Source of the DNA: an uncultured Candidatus Saccharibacteria bacterium
GTDB lineage: Bacteria; Patescibacteriota; Saccharimonadia; Saccharimonadales; EFPC-124
Assembly: GCA_964405095.1 (NCBI GenBank)
Contig: CAYOML010000001.1
Coordinates: 23,311-87,310 of the forward strand
Reading direction: 5' to 3'
Length of the DNA: 64,000 bases
In this document: piece after piece, positions 30,242 to 39,950 of the stretch
Layout: every line of letters starts with the position of its first letter
Numbering within the stretch: position 1 is the first letter of the stretch
Translations under genes and position numbers: made by a program
Notes under the pieces: generated by a model
What the model saw: the letters and a program-made list of their open reading frames with translations, nothing else
Told to the model about the DNA's origin: nothing
The model's database searches: none

Positions 30242-31117
30242 TTATTTAACAACATCCGCGGCTGGTTTTAGACCTGTCGTAGGACGCTCCTTTGATTCCT
30301 CGTGCATCGGGCCGGTATCCGCATCGTCATTATGCGCGGTTGCGATACTAAGGTAAACCGTCGTGAGCATCATAAATAGGTAGGCCTGAATCAGGCTAAA
30401 GAAAATCTCGAGCAAATAGATAGGTAGCGTTGCAGCCCAGCCAAAGTTACCGGCAAGCTGATTTATAGTATGCAGCAGCACTTCACCGGCATAAATAACG
30501 CCAAATAAACGCAGGCTAAGCGTCATTATGCGGATAAATTCGCCAAGTACTTCGTTGATACCAATAAAAAAGTTCATTGGCTTCCAAGGCTGATTGGTAA
30601 AGTAATGTTTTAGATGTCCGATAAAACCAAGCTCTTTGAGAGCGTAGAACTGCACCGTACCAATTGTTAGGATCGCAAGAGCCAGCGTACCGTTAAGATC
30701 GGTAGTAAAAGCACGCAGGATTGGAAAATCTCCCTGAGGAGTGTGGGTATAAAGAGCGCTGACCCCTGGGATTAAACCCGATAGGTTTGCAATCAAAATA
30801 AAGCTAAATAGGGTAAGTAAAAGTGGTAAGTGTTTAAGGGCTTTTTGCCGGCTGCCAAAATTATCTTGGGCAATGCCTAAGAAAAATTCGACCACTGTTT
30901 CGATTGTAAAAGTAAACAAAGATTTTGGCCTGAGTTGTGTACGACGGACCGCGAACATAAAGATTGCAATCACGGCAATTCCCGTAAGAACACCGTAAAG
31001 CATGGAGTTGGTAACAGCGAACCCCCCAACATGAAAAATAGGCTCCGCAGCCAGTGGTATGTCGGTTCCTGCCGCAAATATACTAAGCACTGCCGGCCCC
31101 CAAGCCGCTTCCAGCAA
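30242..31117 (-). CDS. atpB: ATP synthase F0 subunit a
   Basis: NLSGLIPG, TTDLNGT, LSLRLFG and IQAYLF; start uncertain. Confidence 0.95.
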   Translation of the reverse strand: MLEAAWGPAVLSIFAAGTDIPLAAEPIFHVGGFAVTNSMLYGVLTGIAVIAIFMFAVRRTQLRPKSLFTFTIETVVEFFLGIAQDNFGSRQKALKHLPLLLTLFSFILIANLSGLIPGVSALYTHTPQGDFPILRAFTTDLNGTLALAILTIGTVQFYALKELGFIGHLKHYFTNQPWKPMNFFIGINEVLGEFIRIMTLSLRLFGVIYAGEVLLHTINQLAGNFGWAATLPIYLLEIFFSLIQAYLFMMLTTVYLSIATAHNDDADTGPMHEESKERPTTGLKPAADVVK

Positions 31118-31254
31118 TACCCAGTTTTATAATCTGCGTTTTCATTCTTAGTGGCAGTATATCAACTCTAGTCCAATCAGCCAACCCCTTAATACATAAC
31201 CTTCGATTTTGTGTTTTAAAATCTATATGATATTTTATAGGCAAGGAGGAAAGC

Positions 31255-31284
31255 ATGAGCCAAAACGACGTAATCTGGACCTAG
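31255..31284 (+). other. Putative 9-codon micro-ORF (MSQNDVIWT) followed by two hairpins
   Basis: AAGGAGG SD 5 nt before ATG; hairpins at 31298-31330 and 31332-31379. Confidence 0.35.
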
Positions 31285-31442
31285 TATTTCAGCTACAAAT
31301 AACATCGTGCTCGTATTGAGCGATGTTGTTTTTCGCTGGCTAAAGACACCCTTTTGTGGTGTCTTTGTTTGTCAGCGAACAACACTCGACCAGATAACCA
31401 CCGCACTTATATTTAACTTCGATTGACTGCTATAATAACAAC

Positions 31443-31709
31443 ATGGATCAACCAGACACCGCTGCCAGTAAACCAACTCTACCAATAACAATTTATAGCA
31501 GCCCAACCTGCGGTTTTTGCTACATGGTCAAAGATTATCTGAAGGACAAAGGCTACAAGTTTACCGAAAAAGATATCAGTACGGACCAAGAAGCCCTGCG
31601 TTTTGTACTCGAAAAAGTTGGTCAGGCAGTTACGCCAATTATTACCATTGGCGACAAAATTATCGTAGGTTTTGACCGACCACGTATCGACGAAGCTCTA
31701 ACTCAATAA
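31443..31709 (+). CDS. Glutaredoxin/NrdH-like redoxin
   Basis: CGFC, TP and VGFD motifs. Confidence 0.92.
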   Translation: MDQPDTAASKPTLPITIYSSPTCGFCYMVKDYLKDKGYKFTEKDISTDQEALRFVLEKVGQAVTPIITIGDKIIVGFDRPRIDEALTQ

Positions 31710-31727
31710 TTATAGATTCAACTTTAA

Positions 31728-31755
31728 TTGACAATGTTACTATAAGTGGTATAGT
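31728..31755 (+). promoter_or_regulatory. Sigma70 promoter
   Basis: TTGACA-N16-TATAGT with TG extension. Confidence 0.7.
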
Positions 31756-31791
31756 TTATCTGTCCGCAAGGATCCGAGACAAGGAGGAACA

Positions 31792-31965
31792 GTGGCAAAC
31801 AACGACCCCGATGCGATCAAGGCCGCTATCGCTGCCGCCCAGGCCGAAGCTGATCGACGCAACGGCATCCCCGGTGCCCGGCTCAGCTTCCAGCACTTCC
31901 TAGCGGAGGTGCGGGTGGATGTCGAGAATGGTGTTGTCACACGGGTGAACGGCGAGCCCGTTTAA
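31792..31965 (+). CDS. 57-aa GC-rich small protein (not in ORF track)
   Basis: AAGGAGG SD, GTG start, MANNDPDAIKAAIAAAQAEADRRNGIPGARLSFQHFLAEVRVDVENGVVTRVNGEPV; hairpin at 31976-32020. Confidence 0.7.
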   Translation: MANNDPDAIKAAIAAAQAEADRRNGIPGARLSFQHFLAEVRVDVENGVVTRVNGEPV

Positions 31966-32051
31966 CCTTTCCGGCTGCGCAGGCGGGGCCCATCTAGACG
32001 ATGGCTCCGCCTGTCGCGCAACCTACGTCGCGTGATAATCTTATATACACA

Positions 32052-32621
32052 ATGAGTTTTGAGGGGTACCAAACCAAAGATAGTGTGGTCGTGGTCTACA
32101 CTGGCCTCGGCAAGGGTAAAACCAGCGCCAGCCTGGGGTTGGTGTGCCGTGCGCTTGGCCGCGGTTGGCGAGTGGCTTACGTGCAATTTATTAAGCACTG
32201 GGAAGTCGGCGAGCATACATTTATTCACAAAATCGAACCGTTATTTAAAAGCCACTTGACCTTCTATAAAGGCGGTAAGGGCTTTTTTAATGCCGGTGAA
32301 ATTAGCGCTAAAAATGTCAGCGCCGATGAGCACCAAATAGCGGCGGAACAGACATATCAATTTGCATTAAAAGCAGCTAAAAGCGGCAAATACAACTTAG
32401 TTGTTTGCGACGAGATCAACAACGCCGTCCATGACGGATTACTCGAAGAAAACCAGCTTAAAACACTACTCGACGAGCGCAACCCCAAGACCAGCTTATG
32501 TCTGACAGGGCGAAACTTCCCAGCCAGTTTGTTAGACAAAGTCGATATTGCCACCAACATGACCAAGATAAAACACCATTACGACGACAAATTTTTAGCA
32601 AACGAAGGTATAGACTACTAA
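32052..32621 (+). CDS. cobO: Cob(I)alamin adenosyltransferase (CobO/BtuR family)
   Basis: YTG.GKGKTSA.LG..RALG, QFIK, DEI, LTGR, KH, GIDY. Confidence 0.92.
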   Translation: MSFEGYQTKDSVVVVYTGLGKGKTSASLGLVCRALGRGWRVAYVQFIKHWEVGEHTFIHKIEPLFKSHLTFYKGGKGFFNAGEISAKNVSADEHQIAAEQTYQFALKAAKSGKYNLVVCDEINNAVHDGLLEENQLKTLLDERNPKTSLCLTGRNFPASLLDKVDIATNMTKIKHHYDDKFLANEGIDY

Positions 32622-32622
32622 T

Positions 32623-33057
32623 ATGATCTACCGCAAGCGCCGCGAACAACTAGCTTACGATCGCATGCCAAAAACTACTGGTTGTCCGTTTTGCGAGCCG
32701 GACAACAAATTGCTCAATCCACGTCCCCGGAAAGTTTTACAAGAAACGCCTCATATGCAAGTCGTTTCCAATATGTTTCCGTATCACGTCTGGGAACATT
32801 TGGATGTCGTCGATCACTTACTCATCGTACCCAAGCGCCATATAAGTAGTATGGCTGATTTAACGCCGTCTGAGCGCAAAGACATGATCAACATCTTCTG
32901 TGAGTACGAAGCAGAGGGTTACAGCAACTACACCCGTGCCCCCCAGGCAGTGTCACGCTCACTGCCACATATCCATACCCACTTAATCAAATCTGGCACG
33001 AAAAAACCGCGCTTTTCGCTCGTCATGCGTAAACCATATATTTTGATTAAGTTTTAA
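32623..33057 (+). CDS. HIT-family hydrolase
   Basis: CPFC, N.FPY, HLLIVPKRH and HIHTH triad. Confidence 0.85.
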   Translation: MIYRKRREQLAYDRMPKTTGCPFCEPDNKLLNPRPRKVLQETPHMQVVSNMFPYHVWEHLDVVDHLLIVPKRHISSMADLTPSERKDMINIFCEYEAEGYSNYTRAPQAVSRSLPHIHTHLIKSGTKKPRFSLVMRKPYILIKF

Positions 33058-33255
33058 TTCGCATGATTTTGCTAGAATGGTGTGGGGAGTATAAGTGCTT
33101 CGGTGCTCGTACTCTCCACCACCAAAACTTATCATTAAAAGGAAGATTGTAAAGTGGCCCTTATATGATGGCCCCATTTGCGGCGTGCATATCATTCATA
33201 CATAGCCAGCGCTAAGAAGTAGCCGGACTCAGCCAAAATCTGTTAGCATAACTGC

Positions 33256-33840
33256 ATGACGCGAGGACGTGCGATAGTTATTGGCCTGTTGTTGATTGCC
33301 TGCATAATTGCCTTAGCTGTGGTGGCTTACCCACGAATTAGCGTTAATTTTAGCAAGCTCTTCCCAGCTAGCAAAATACTGCCAGGCTTCTATCATGTAG
33401 CCCAATTCTACGACGGCGACACTTTTGCCGTTGATATGAACGGCACAACCGAGAAAATCCGCCTAATCGGAGTTGACACCCCCGAAACCCATAAGCCAGA
33501 TACGCCCGTACAATGCTATGGCCCCGAAGCCAGTACTTTTACCGAACGCACTCTCAAAGCCGCAGACAACAGTGTACGGCTAGAGGCTGACCCGCTAGGG
33601 GATAATCGTGATCGTTACGGACGCCTGTTACGATACGCTTACTTACCCGACGGCACCTTGCTTGAACAGTCACTCATTGAAGGCGGTTATGGTTTTGCCT
33701 ACCTGAGTTTCTCTTTCAAGCAAAAGACCGAGTTTGCCACTTTTCAGGCCACAGCCCAGGCCGCCTATCGCGGATTATGGACCTTTTGCAAGCCGACGCT
33801 AATTAATGGCCGATGGCAAAGCAACAATGTGTCGAGCTAG
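33256..33840 (+). CDS. Thermonuclease (SNase) family, membrane-anchored
   Basis: DGDT, RLIGVDTPE, DRYGRLLRY, GLW. Confidence 0.93.
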   Translation: MTRGRAIVIGLLLIACIIALAVVAYPRISVNFSKLFPASKILPGFYHVAQFYDGDTFAVDMNGTTEKIRLIGVDTPETHKPDTPVQCYGPEASTFTERTLKAADNSVRLEADPLGDNRDRYGRLLRYAYLPDGTLLEQSLIEGGYGFAYLSFSFKQKTEFATFQATAQAAYRGLWTFCKPTLINGRWQSNNVSS

Positions 33841-35099
33841 CGGCTCCTAATAATTGACTCATAAAGTTCAATCACTTTTTTACATTGCTGGGCCTCGGAG
33901 AATTCGGCCGCAAAACGACGGCTGGAAGCACCCATCGAGGCCTGGAGTTTGGGATCATCGAGAATCTGACGGATTTTTTCGGCCATATCTATCGGGTCGT
34001 TAGCGGCAAAGAATCCATTTTGGCCATCGTGGACAACTTCGGTCACAGGCTTATCTATCATAACGATTGGTAGGCCAGCCCGGGCCGCTTCGTGAACCGC
34101 CAAGGACTGGGTATCAGTTAGCGACGGAAAGGCGAAAACTTTGGCAACTGCGTAGGCAACCGCTAATTTTTCTCGTGGGACACGCCCAACAAACATAATT
34201 CGGGCTGCTGCCGGCGAGGCTTTGGCTTTGGCTTCCAATTTCTTACGATAATCAAAGTCGCCCACAAACATCAGCCTGGCGTTTGGGCGCCACTTAATGA
34301 GTTCGCTTATCATATCAATGAGCATGTCAAGGTTTTTCTCGACGCCAATTCGGCCGACATACTGTACAATCTCGTCTTTAGCTTGGATACCCCAACGTTT
34401 TTTAAATGCCGCGATGTCTGCCTGCGAAACATGCGGAAGGTCGTCAACCCCGGTAGGAATATTATAGATTGGATACTGACTATCACTGTCTTGCCAACTT
34501 TTCAGCTGATCAGCGCTTTTACGTGAATGGACGATGACTGCCTTGCAATGTTCATGCAAAACGTTAAGGTTATTTCTTATCATCCCCTGATTCCAAGCCC
34601 CCACCGTACGCCGTGGCCGCCAGGCACGCAGAATCTCTTTTAATTCATTGCGCGAGGCCTTGAAAGTAAATGGCAGAGCTACCCCTAGTGCCAGAATAGT
34701 CGGAAATGATAGGGGATAGCGATCGACATATTCAAACAAGTCGGTACAATATTCGGCAACTACCGGTAGTTTTAGTTTGTGAGCAACATAAACACCCATT
34801 AAACCAACTGGCCCGGGGGTTAAAAAATGAATTATATCGAAGTTCATCTTTTTAACTTTTTTGACCATAGAAGGCGGAAAAATCAGTGCGACATTAAAAT
34901 CTTTGTACGGAAAGCGTTGGATCGACGGGAAGCGAACAATGTGATCGTCGTCTTGCTTCTTAACCCGCAAGCTGTCGGCCGGGGCAAAGATGTAGACTTC
35001 GTGGCCTAAAGCCTCAAAACCACGCCGTAAAATTTCGGTTACATATACAATCCCGTTAACTTGCGGACGATAACTGTCGGTAAACAGGGCAATGCGCAT
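33837..35099 (-). CDS. GT4 glycosyltransferase (monoglycosyl-DAG synthase-like)
   Basis: MRIALFTDSY.PQVNGI, IPTG, VGR..EKN, FPS.TDTQSL..EA. Confidence 0.88.
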   Translation of the reverse strand: MRIALFTDSYRPQVNGIVYVTEILRRGFEALGHEVYIFAPADSLRVKKQDDDHIVRFPSIQRFPYKDFNVALIFPPSMVKKVKKMNFDIIHFLTPGPVGLMGVYVAHKLKLPVVAEYCTDLFEYVDRYPLSFPTILALGVALPFTFKASRNELKEILRAWRPRRTVGAWNQGMIRNNLNVLHEHCKAVIVHSRKSADQLKSWQDSDSQYPIYNIPTGVDDLPHVSQADIAAFKKRWGIQAKDEIVQYVGRIGVEKNLDMLIDMISELIKWRPNARLMFVGDFDYRKKLEAKAKASPAAARIMFVGRVPREKLAVAYAVAKVFAFPSLTDTQSLAVHEAARAGLPIVMIDKPVTEVVHDGQNGFFAANDPIDMAEKIRQILDDPKLQASMGASSRRFAAEFSEAQQCKKVIELYESIIRSR

Positions 35100-35139
35100 A
35101 TTGAGCTAAGTATAGCAAGCGTGTACACTAGTCACCAGA

Positions 35140-36246
35140 GTGGCAAAAAAGACAAACACTAAAAAAATCTCCTTGCACCGGCGCTTGTTGCAGCGTTTAC
35201 GCTCGCGGCATTTTATGCCTATGTATGAATTCTGGCTCGAACACCGCTGGTGGCGTTGGACAGCGCGTATTATGCTGGTGTTAGCCGGCTTTACATTCAC
35301 TGCTCTTCTTTTTAACGTTTTTGTGTTCACGCCAATAAAGGATCCTGACTATGGGGTCAGTTTTTCGCAAAAACGATCCGAGGAGTTGGGGCTTAACTGG
35401 CACCAAAATTTCACTGCTTTACTCGACGACTTACAAATTAAACGCTACCGGCTAATGAGTTACTGGGATCTCATCGAGGCCAATCGCGGGACCTTTGATT
35501 TTAAGGATTTGGACTGGCAGATGGATCAAGCCGCAGCACACGGCGCCAAAGTTTCACTCTCGATTGGTGTGCGTGTCCCGCGCTGGCCGGAATGTCACGA
35601 GCCTGGTTGGGCTAAACAGATGGGTGGCCACAGCTGGAAACAGGCCCTGTACGCCTATATGCAAGTGGTGGTTGATCGATACAAACATCATCCAGCTTTA
35701 GATACATGGCAGCTGGAAAATGAAGGCCTAAATACCTGGTTTGGAACCTGTAGCCCACCGGATAACGAAAGACTCCACGAGGAACTAGGTTTAATGAAGC
35801 GCTGGGATCCCGATCATAAAGTTATCATGAGTCTCAGCGATCAACACACTTACCCGGTAGAGGCGCCTGTACCCGATGTTTACGGCTTTTCGGTTTATCG
35901 TATTGTTTGGAACGACAAAATTCCGCCGGCCGGTTACATTTATTACCCAACACCTATCTGGTACCACCGCCTACGAGCTTTAATCATAAATCTTGTTTGG
36001 CAGCGACCAGTTATGATCCACGAGTTGCAGATGGAGCCGTGGGGGCGAGTCGATACGCGTTTTATGAGTATCGAGGAACAAAACAAGTCGATGAGCCTTG
36101 AGCAGATTCCTAAGGTTTTCCAGTTTGCCAGACAGTTGGGCATTAAACGGATCGATTTGTGGGGCGGGGAGTGGTGGTATTGGCGTAAGGTTCATGGCGA
36201 CGGAAGTATTTGGCAGGCGGTACGGGAGCAGTTGAGTGCACCTTAG
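35140..36246 (+). CDS. Membrane-anchored clan GH-A glycoside hydrolase-like protein
   Basis: YW..IE...G.FDF..LD, PRWPECH.P.W, WQLENE, HELQMEPW, LWG.EWWY. Confidence 0.75.
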   Translation: MAKKTNTKKISLHRRLLQRLRSRHFMPMYEFWLEHRWWRWTARIMLVLAGFTFTALLFNVFVFTPIKDPDYGVSFSQKRSEELGLNWHQNFTALLDDLQIKRYRLMSYWDLIEANRGTFDFKDLDWQMDQAAAHGAKVSLSIGVRVPRWPECHEPGWAKQMGGHSWKQALYAYMQVVVDRYKHHPALDTWQLENEGLNTWFGTCSPPDNERLHEELGLMKRWDPDHKVIMSLSDQHTYPVEAPVPDVYGFSVYRIVWNDKIPPAGYIYYPTPIWYHRLRALIINLVWQRPVMIHELQMEPWGRVDTRFMSIEEQNKSMSLEQIPKVFQFARQLGIKRIDLWGGEWWYWRKVHGDGSIWQAVREQLSAP

Positions 36247-36253
36247 ATATTAT

Positions 36254-36407
36254 TGAAAGTATAGGCATAGAATTCTAATACATATGGCCGGGTCCTGCCG
36301 CCCGGTCCGCCCCTAAAGATTTTTTTATGGAAATACATAAAAAAACTTTGGGGCAGCCCCGCCAGGCGTCACCCCTTGAATAATTGAATTCTATGCCTTT
36401 ATTTTCA
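36254..36407. repeat. Structured intergenic element, copy 2
   Basis: 22-bp terminal inverted repeat (13 bp perfect: aggcatagaattc) around the same core. Confidence 0.85.
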
Positions 36408-37428
36408 GCACAACTCGATAGGCTTCGACAAGTTTTTGCCCGCCGGCCTTACTATCGAATCGTGCAGCCATACCGTGCGCTTTAGAAACTGCTCCGACAT
36501 AAAAATTGGCATCGCTAATTAAGTGCGATAATAATGTCACAAATGTTTCGTCGGTACCACGCACAACATCTTCACCAAATGTATCGTTGTATTCGGGTAT
36601 GTCGCGCACGACAATCGGCAGCCCGGTACCGGCGGCTTCGAGCACCGCCATCGGATGATTTTCTTGTTCAGACGGCAGAAAAAACACATCTGATACTTGT
36701 AAGTATTGCTTAACATCATCGTGCCCGATGACCCCTGTCACCAAGACGTTGGCCGGCTTGGTATCAACTAGGTGCTGTTGATTTTGGTAGTCAGCTCCCA
36801 AACGCTTAAAGGTGATGCCACCGATCCATATAAACTGGCTATTGGGCAAAGCTTTTGCGGCTTCGCAGAACAAATCGAACCGCTTGCGAGGTTGGATTTG
36901 GCCGTTGCCAACGACCACTTTTTTATCTGGTTCGATGCCGAGTTTCTTACGCGCTGCTTGCTTGTCGACAGCCAATGTGACAAACAGCGACATATCAACT
37001 GTATTGTAAAGAACGATGACAGGTTTTTTGATTTTTAGCTGTTCATGAAGAGTAGTTTCGACCATTTTAGAAACCGCGAGCAACAGATCGGCGTGTCCAT
37101 AAAACAGCCGCATGTACCATTTGGCTAGGCCATAAAAATATTTTGCACCGGCGATCGAGCCAACCAAAGAATCCGGCACGACGTGCACCGAAATGACTTT
37201 TTTGCCTGAACCGAATAACAAATGCAACAAACTATATGGGCCGAAGGTTTGTATATGAGTGATATCAGCCCGACGGCGGAATTTATTAACCACCACATCT
37301 GTGTCATCACGCGCTTGTAGCGCATTGGTCATCTCGACAAAAGCTGTGTGCACGCCGTGTGCCTGAACAGTAAATGCGCTTTCTGATACCATATTGATTT
37401 TGATTTTTTGTTGCATTAATGAGTTCAT
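36391..37428 (-). CDS. GT4 glycosyltransferase (diglycosyl-DAG synthase/CpoA-like)
   Basis: HGVHTAF, GQIQPRKRFD, FLPS.QENHPM.VLEA; true start may be 37416. Confidence 0.88.
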   Translation of the reverse strand: MNSLMQQKIKINMVSESAFTVQAHGVHTAFVEMTNALQARDDTDVVVNKFRRRADITHIQTFGPYSLLHLLFGSGKKVISVHVVPDSLVGSIAGAKYFYGLAKWYMRLFYGHADLLLAVSKMVETTLHEQLKIKKPVIVLYNTVDMSLFVTLAVDKQAARKKLGIEPDKKVVVGNGQIQPRKRFDLFCEAAKALPNSQFIWIGGITFKRLGADYQNQQHLVDTKPANVLVTGVIGHDDVKQYLQVSDVFFLPSEQENHPMAVLEAAGTGLPIVVRDIPEYNDTFGEDVVRGTDETFVTLLSHLISDANFYVGAVSKAHGMAARFDSKAGGQKLVEAYRVVLKIKA

Positions 37429-37454
37429 TGTAGCAAACGAGGATAATTTCAGAT

Positions 37455-37594
37455 TGAACTCATTTCAAAACCATAAGGAAGGGGTCCTGTCACGCAGTTT
37501 GCCCCTAAAATATTTTTCTGAAAATACAGAAAAAGTATTTTGGGGCGGCCCCACTGCGCGCCACCCCATTTAATTAAGTTTTGAAATGGGTTCA
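37455..37594. repeat. Structured intergenic element, copy 3
   Basis: 17-bp terminal inverted repeat (tgaactcatttcaaaac/gttttgaaatgggttca) around a diverged core. Confidence 0.8.
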
Positions 37595-37620
37595 TTAAGT
37601 TATACTTAACAGAGAGCAAT

Positions 37621-38097
37621 ATGGCCAAGAAGAAAACTACCAACTCACTGATTCAAAACCGCCGCGCCCGTTACGATTACGAACTACGCGATGAATTCAA
37701 TGTAGGCATTGCTTTGACAGGCCAAGAAGTCAAGGCTGCTAGATCGGGGCAGGTGAGTTTGAAAGGCGCTTACGTGACATTAAAAGACGGGGAGGTATGG
37801 CTAACCAACGCGTCGTTCTCGGTTATTCATACTGAGCCGGGTAAATCTAGTCGTAGCATCGAGACCGGGCCGCGCAAACTTTTGGCCAAAAAGAAAGAAA
37901 TTGCCGTGTTACAGGCTGTGAAGGATCAGGGCCTAACTATAGTGCCACTTAGCATGACCACTCGTACTAGGTTCATTAAGCTCAAAATTGCCACAGCCAA
38001 GGGTAAAAAACAATACGATAAGCGCGAAACTATTAAGCGCAAGGATATCCAGCGCGAGCAGCAGCGCACTAGAGCCTCAGTTGGCAAGGTCTTGTAA
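37621..38097 (+). CDS. smpB: SsrA-binding protein
   Basis: NRRARYDY, GIALTGQEVKA, RKLL, GKKQYDKRE. Confidence 0.97.
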   Translation: MAKKKTTNSLIQNRRARYDYELRDEFNVGIALTGQEVKAARSGQVSLKGAYVTLKDGEVWLTNASFSVIHTEPGKSSRSIETGPRKLLAKKKEIAVLQAVKDQGLTIVPLSMTTRTRFIKLKIATAKGKKQYDKRETIKRKDIQREQQRTRASVGKVL

Positions 38098-38129
38098 TTT
38101 AACACCTTAGTGTTATAGTTCAAGGAATT

Positions 38130-39158
38130 ATGGCAGTATCTGAAGCTCACGCCTATGCGCGCCAGGTAATCGAATCTGGTTTTGAGCTGATGCCGCCCAC
38201 GTCTCCCCCCGAGCGCATTGTGGAAACCGTCGAAACCGACGACGGTGCCTGGCAAATTGGCATTGCAACCTTTGACGCCCGAATCCATGACAAAGACTTC
38301 GGCACCTACGGTCCAACCTGCCTAATGGCGTTGGGCTACGAAGCCGACACGACTACGCCCTACGACACTCAAACCTGGCAAACTATTGCCGAGACCATGG
38401 GTGCGCGCCTCATTATTGTCGACACTCCAGGCTTCGGAGAGGAATCTGCCCCACTCCAAACTAGCTTTGGATTTCGCCTGGCGCGTGGTGACTTACGCCC
38501 ACCAGCAGAGCTCATGGTTCGTGCTGTCGGCCAATCGGGCCTGCTAGAGAACAATGAAGAGATATCCCTCATGGGTTATTCGATGGGTAGCCTGACCATC
38601 GCAAACATAGCCGAAGTCCTACAGACCCCAGATGCTAAACTAGGCATACCAAAAGTGAGAATTGCTGGCGTGTATCTACTTGACCCTACCTCACCGCGCT
38701 TTATTAAAACCTTGTCTGATGACATCCGTGCCGATGGTGCCGAAGGCCTAGCGTTTTATCAAGGTTTAAACGAGAGATACAGCTGGTTGGTAGCACCCCC
38801 AGAAACAACTAACCCAAAACATCACCAGGCATTGCGTAGGCGCCAACTAACTGCCCGGGCGCTTTATGGTATTGCCATGGCACGTGATCATGGTGATCCT
38901 TCACGGGCTTTAGAGTTAGCAGTAATTGAAGATAGTCACGATGGTGCAACTGGCCTGAGCGAAGGCACTATTAAGGTTATGAGGGGTGAACTAAGCCGGC
39001 TCGCGCTCGACGCGCCAACCAACCGACTCTTAACAGTAGTTAGAAACAGGTTACACCCGGCGGGCTATGCCGACAGAGTAACTTTGCCCGGCGAAAACCA
39101 CTTTTGGCCCCACGCAGCCATACTCGGGGCAGCTGCCTCAGAGCATTTGCGCAGTTAA
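38130..39158 (+). CDS. Alpha/beta hydrolase
   Basis: DTPGFG, GYSMG nucleophile elbow, LLDP, C-terminal GENH. Confidence 0.78.
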   Translation: MAVSEAHAYARQVIESGFELMPPTSPPERIVETVETDDGAWQIGIATFDARIHDKDFGTYGPTCLMALGYEADTTTPYDTQTWQTIAETMGARLIIVDTPGFGEESAPLQTSFGFRLARGDLRPPAELMVRAVGQSGLLENNEEISLMGYSMGSLTIANIAEVLQTPDAKLGIPKVRIAGVYLLDPTSPRFIKTLSDDIRADGAEGLAFYQGLNERYSWLVAPPETTNPKHHQALRRRQLTARALYGIAMARDHGDPSRALELAVIEDSHDGATGLSEGTIKVMRGELSRLALDAPTNRLLTVVRNRLHPAGYADRVTLPGENHFWPHAAILGAAASEHLRS

Positions 39159-39868
39159 GAAACCAAAGTACCGACAGACTCGCCTAAAGCTAGTTTTTTG
39201 ATGTTATCTGGCTTATGTAAATCACAAACAACAATTGGTTTTTTATTTTCCATGGCTAGACCCAGGGCAGCCTTATCCATAACCTTTATGGTCGGGCTTT
39301 GCAGTGCTTCGGCAAATGTCAGGTTTTGATGACGGTTAGCGTCGGTGTGGGCGTGAGGGTCTTTATCATAGACCCCGTCAACTTTAGTCAACTTACAGAC
39401 AACATCGCAATCAAGCTCTAGCGCCAGGCTCACAGAACCAGTGTCTGTGGTCACATATGGACGGCCTAAGCCACCACCCACAATCACCACACGGCCTTTG
39501 CTTAAGTGATGTAGGGCACGGCGTTGGGTAAATTGGTCGGCAACTTGGTCGGCATAAACAGTTGTCAGAACATGAGCGGGCACGCTTTGCGAAGCAAAAA
39601 TATCGGCGACGGCCAAAGCGTTAATTATTGTAGATAACATACCCATGTAATCTGCGGTAACTGGCTGGATACCTGAGCCCTTAAAATCGACACCTCGCAC
39701 AAAGTTACCACCACCAACTACCATGACAATCTCGGCGCCTACGTTTACCGCCTGGGCGACTTCTTGAGCTACCATGGTGGCTGTTTCGACGTCAAAGCCT
39801 TTGCCGCTGCGTCCGGCAAGCTGCTCGCCAGATATCTTTACTAAAATGCGTGTGTAACGTAGTTTCAT
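39155..39868 (-). CDS. pyrH: UMP kinase
   Basis: KISGE, VGGGNFVRG, DYMGML, TTDT, VDGVYDKDP, VMD. Confidence 0.97.
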   Translation of the reverse strand: MKLRYTRILVKISGEQLAGRSGKGFDVETATMVAQEVAQAVNVGAEIVMVVGGGNFVRGVDFKGSGIQPVTADYMGMLSTIINALAVADIFASQSVPAHVLTTVYADQVADQFTQRRALHHLSKGRVVIVGGGLGRPYVTTDTGSVSLALELDCDVVCKLTKVDGVYDKDPHAHTDANRHQNLTFAEALQSPTIKVMDKAALGLAMENKKPIVVCDLHKPDNIKKLALGESVGTLVS

Positions 39869-39950
39869 CGCATTCAGTGTAGCATAAATTACAAGTACTG
39901 AGGCTAAGGAAGATGTGCTAGACTGCGCTGCGAGGGAGTAAAATAAGACT

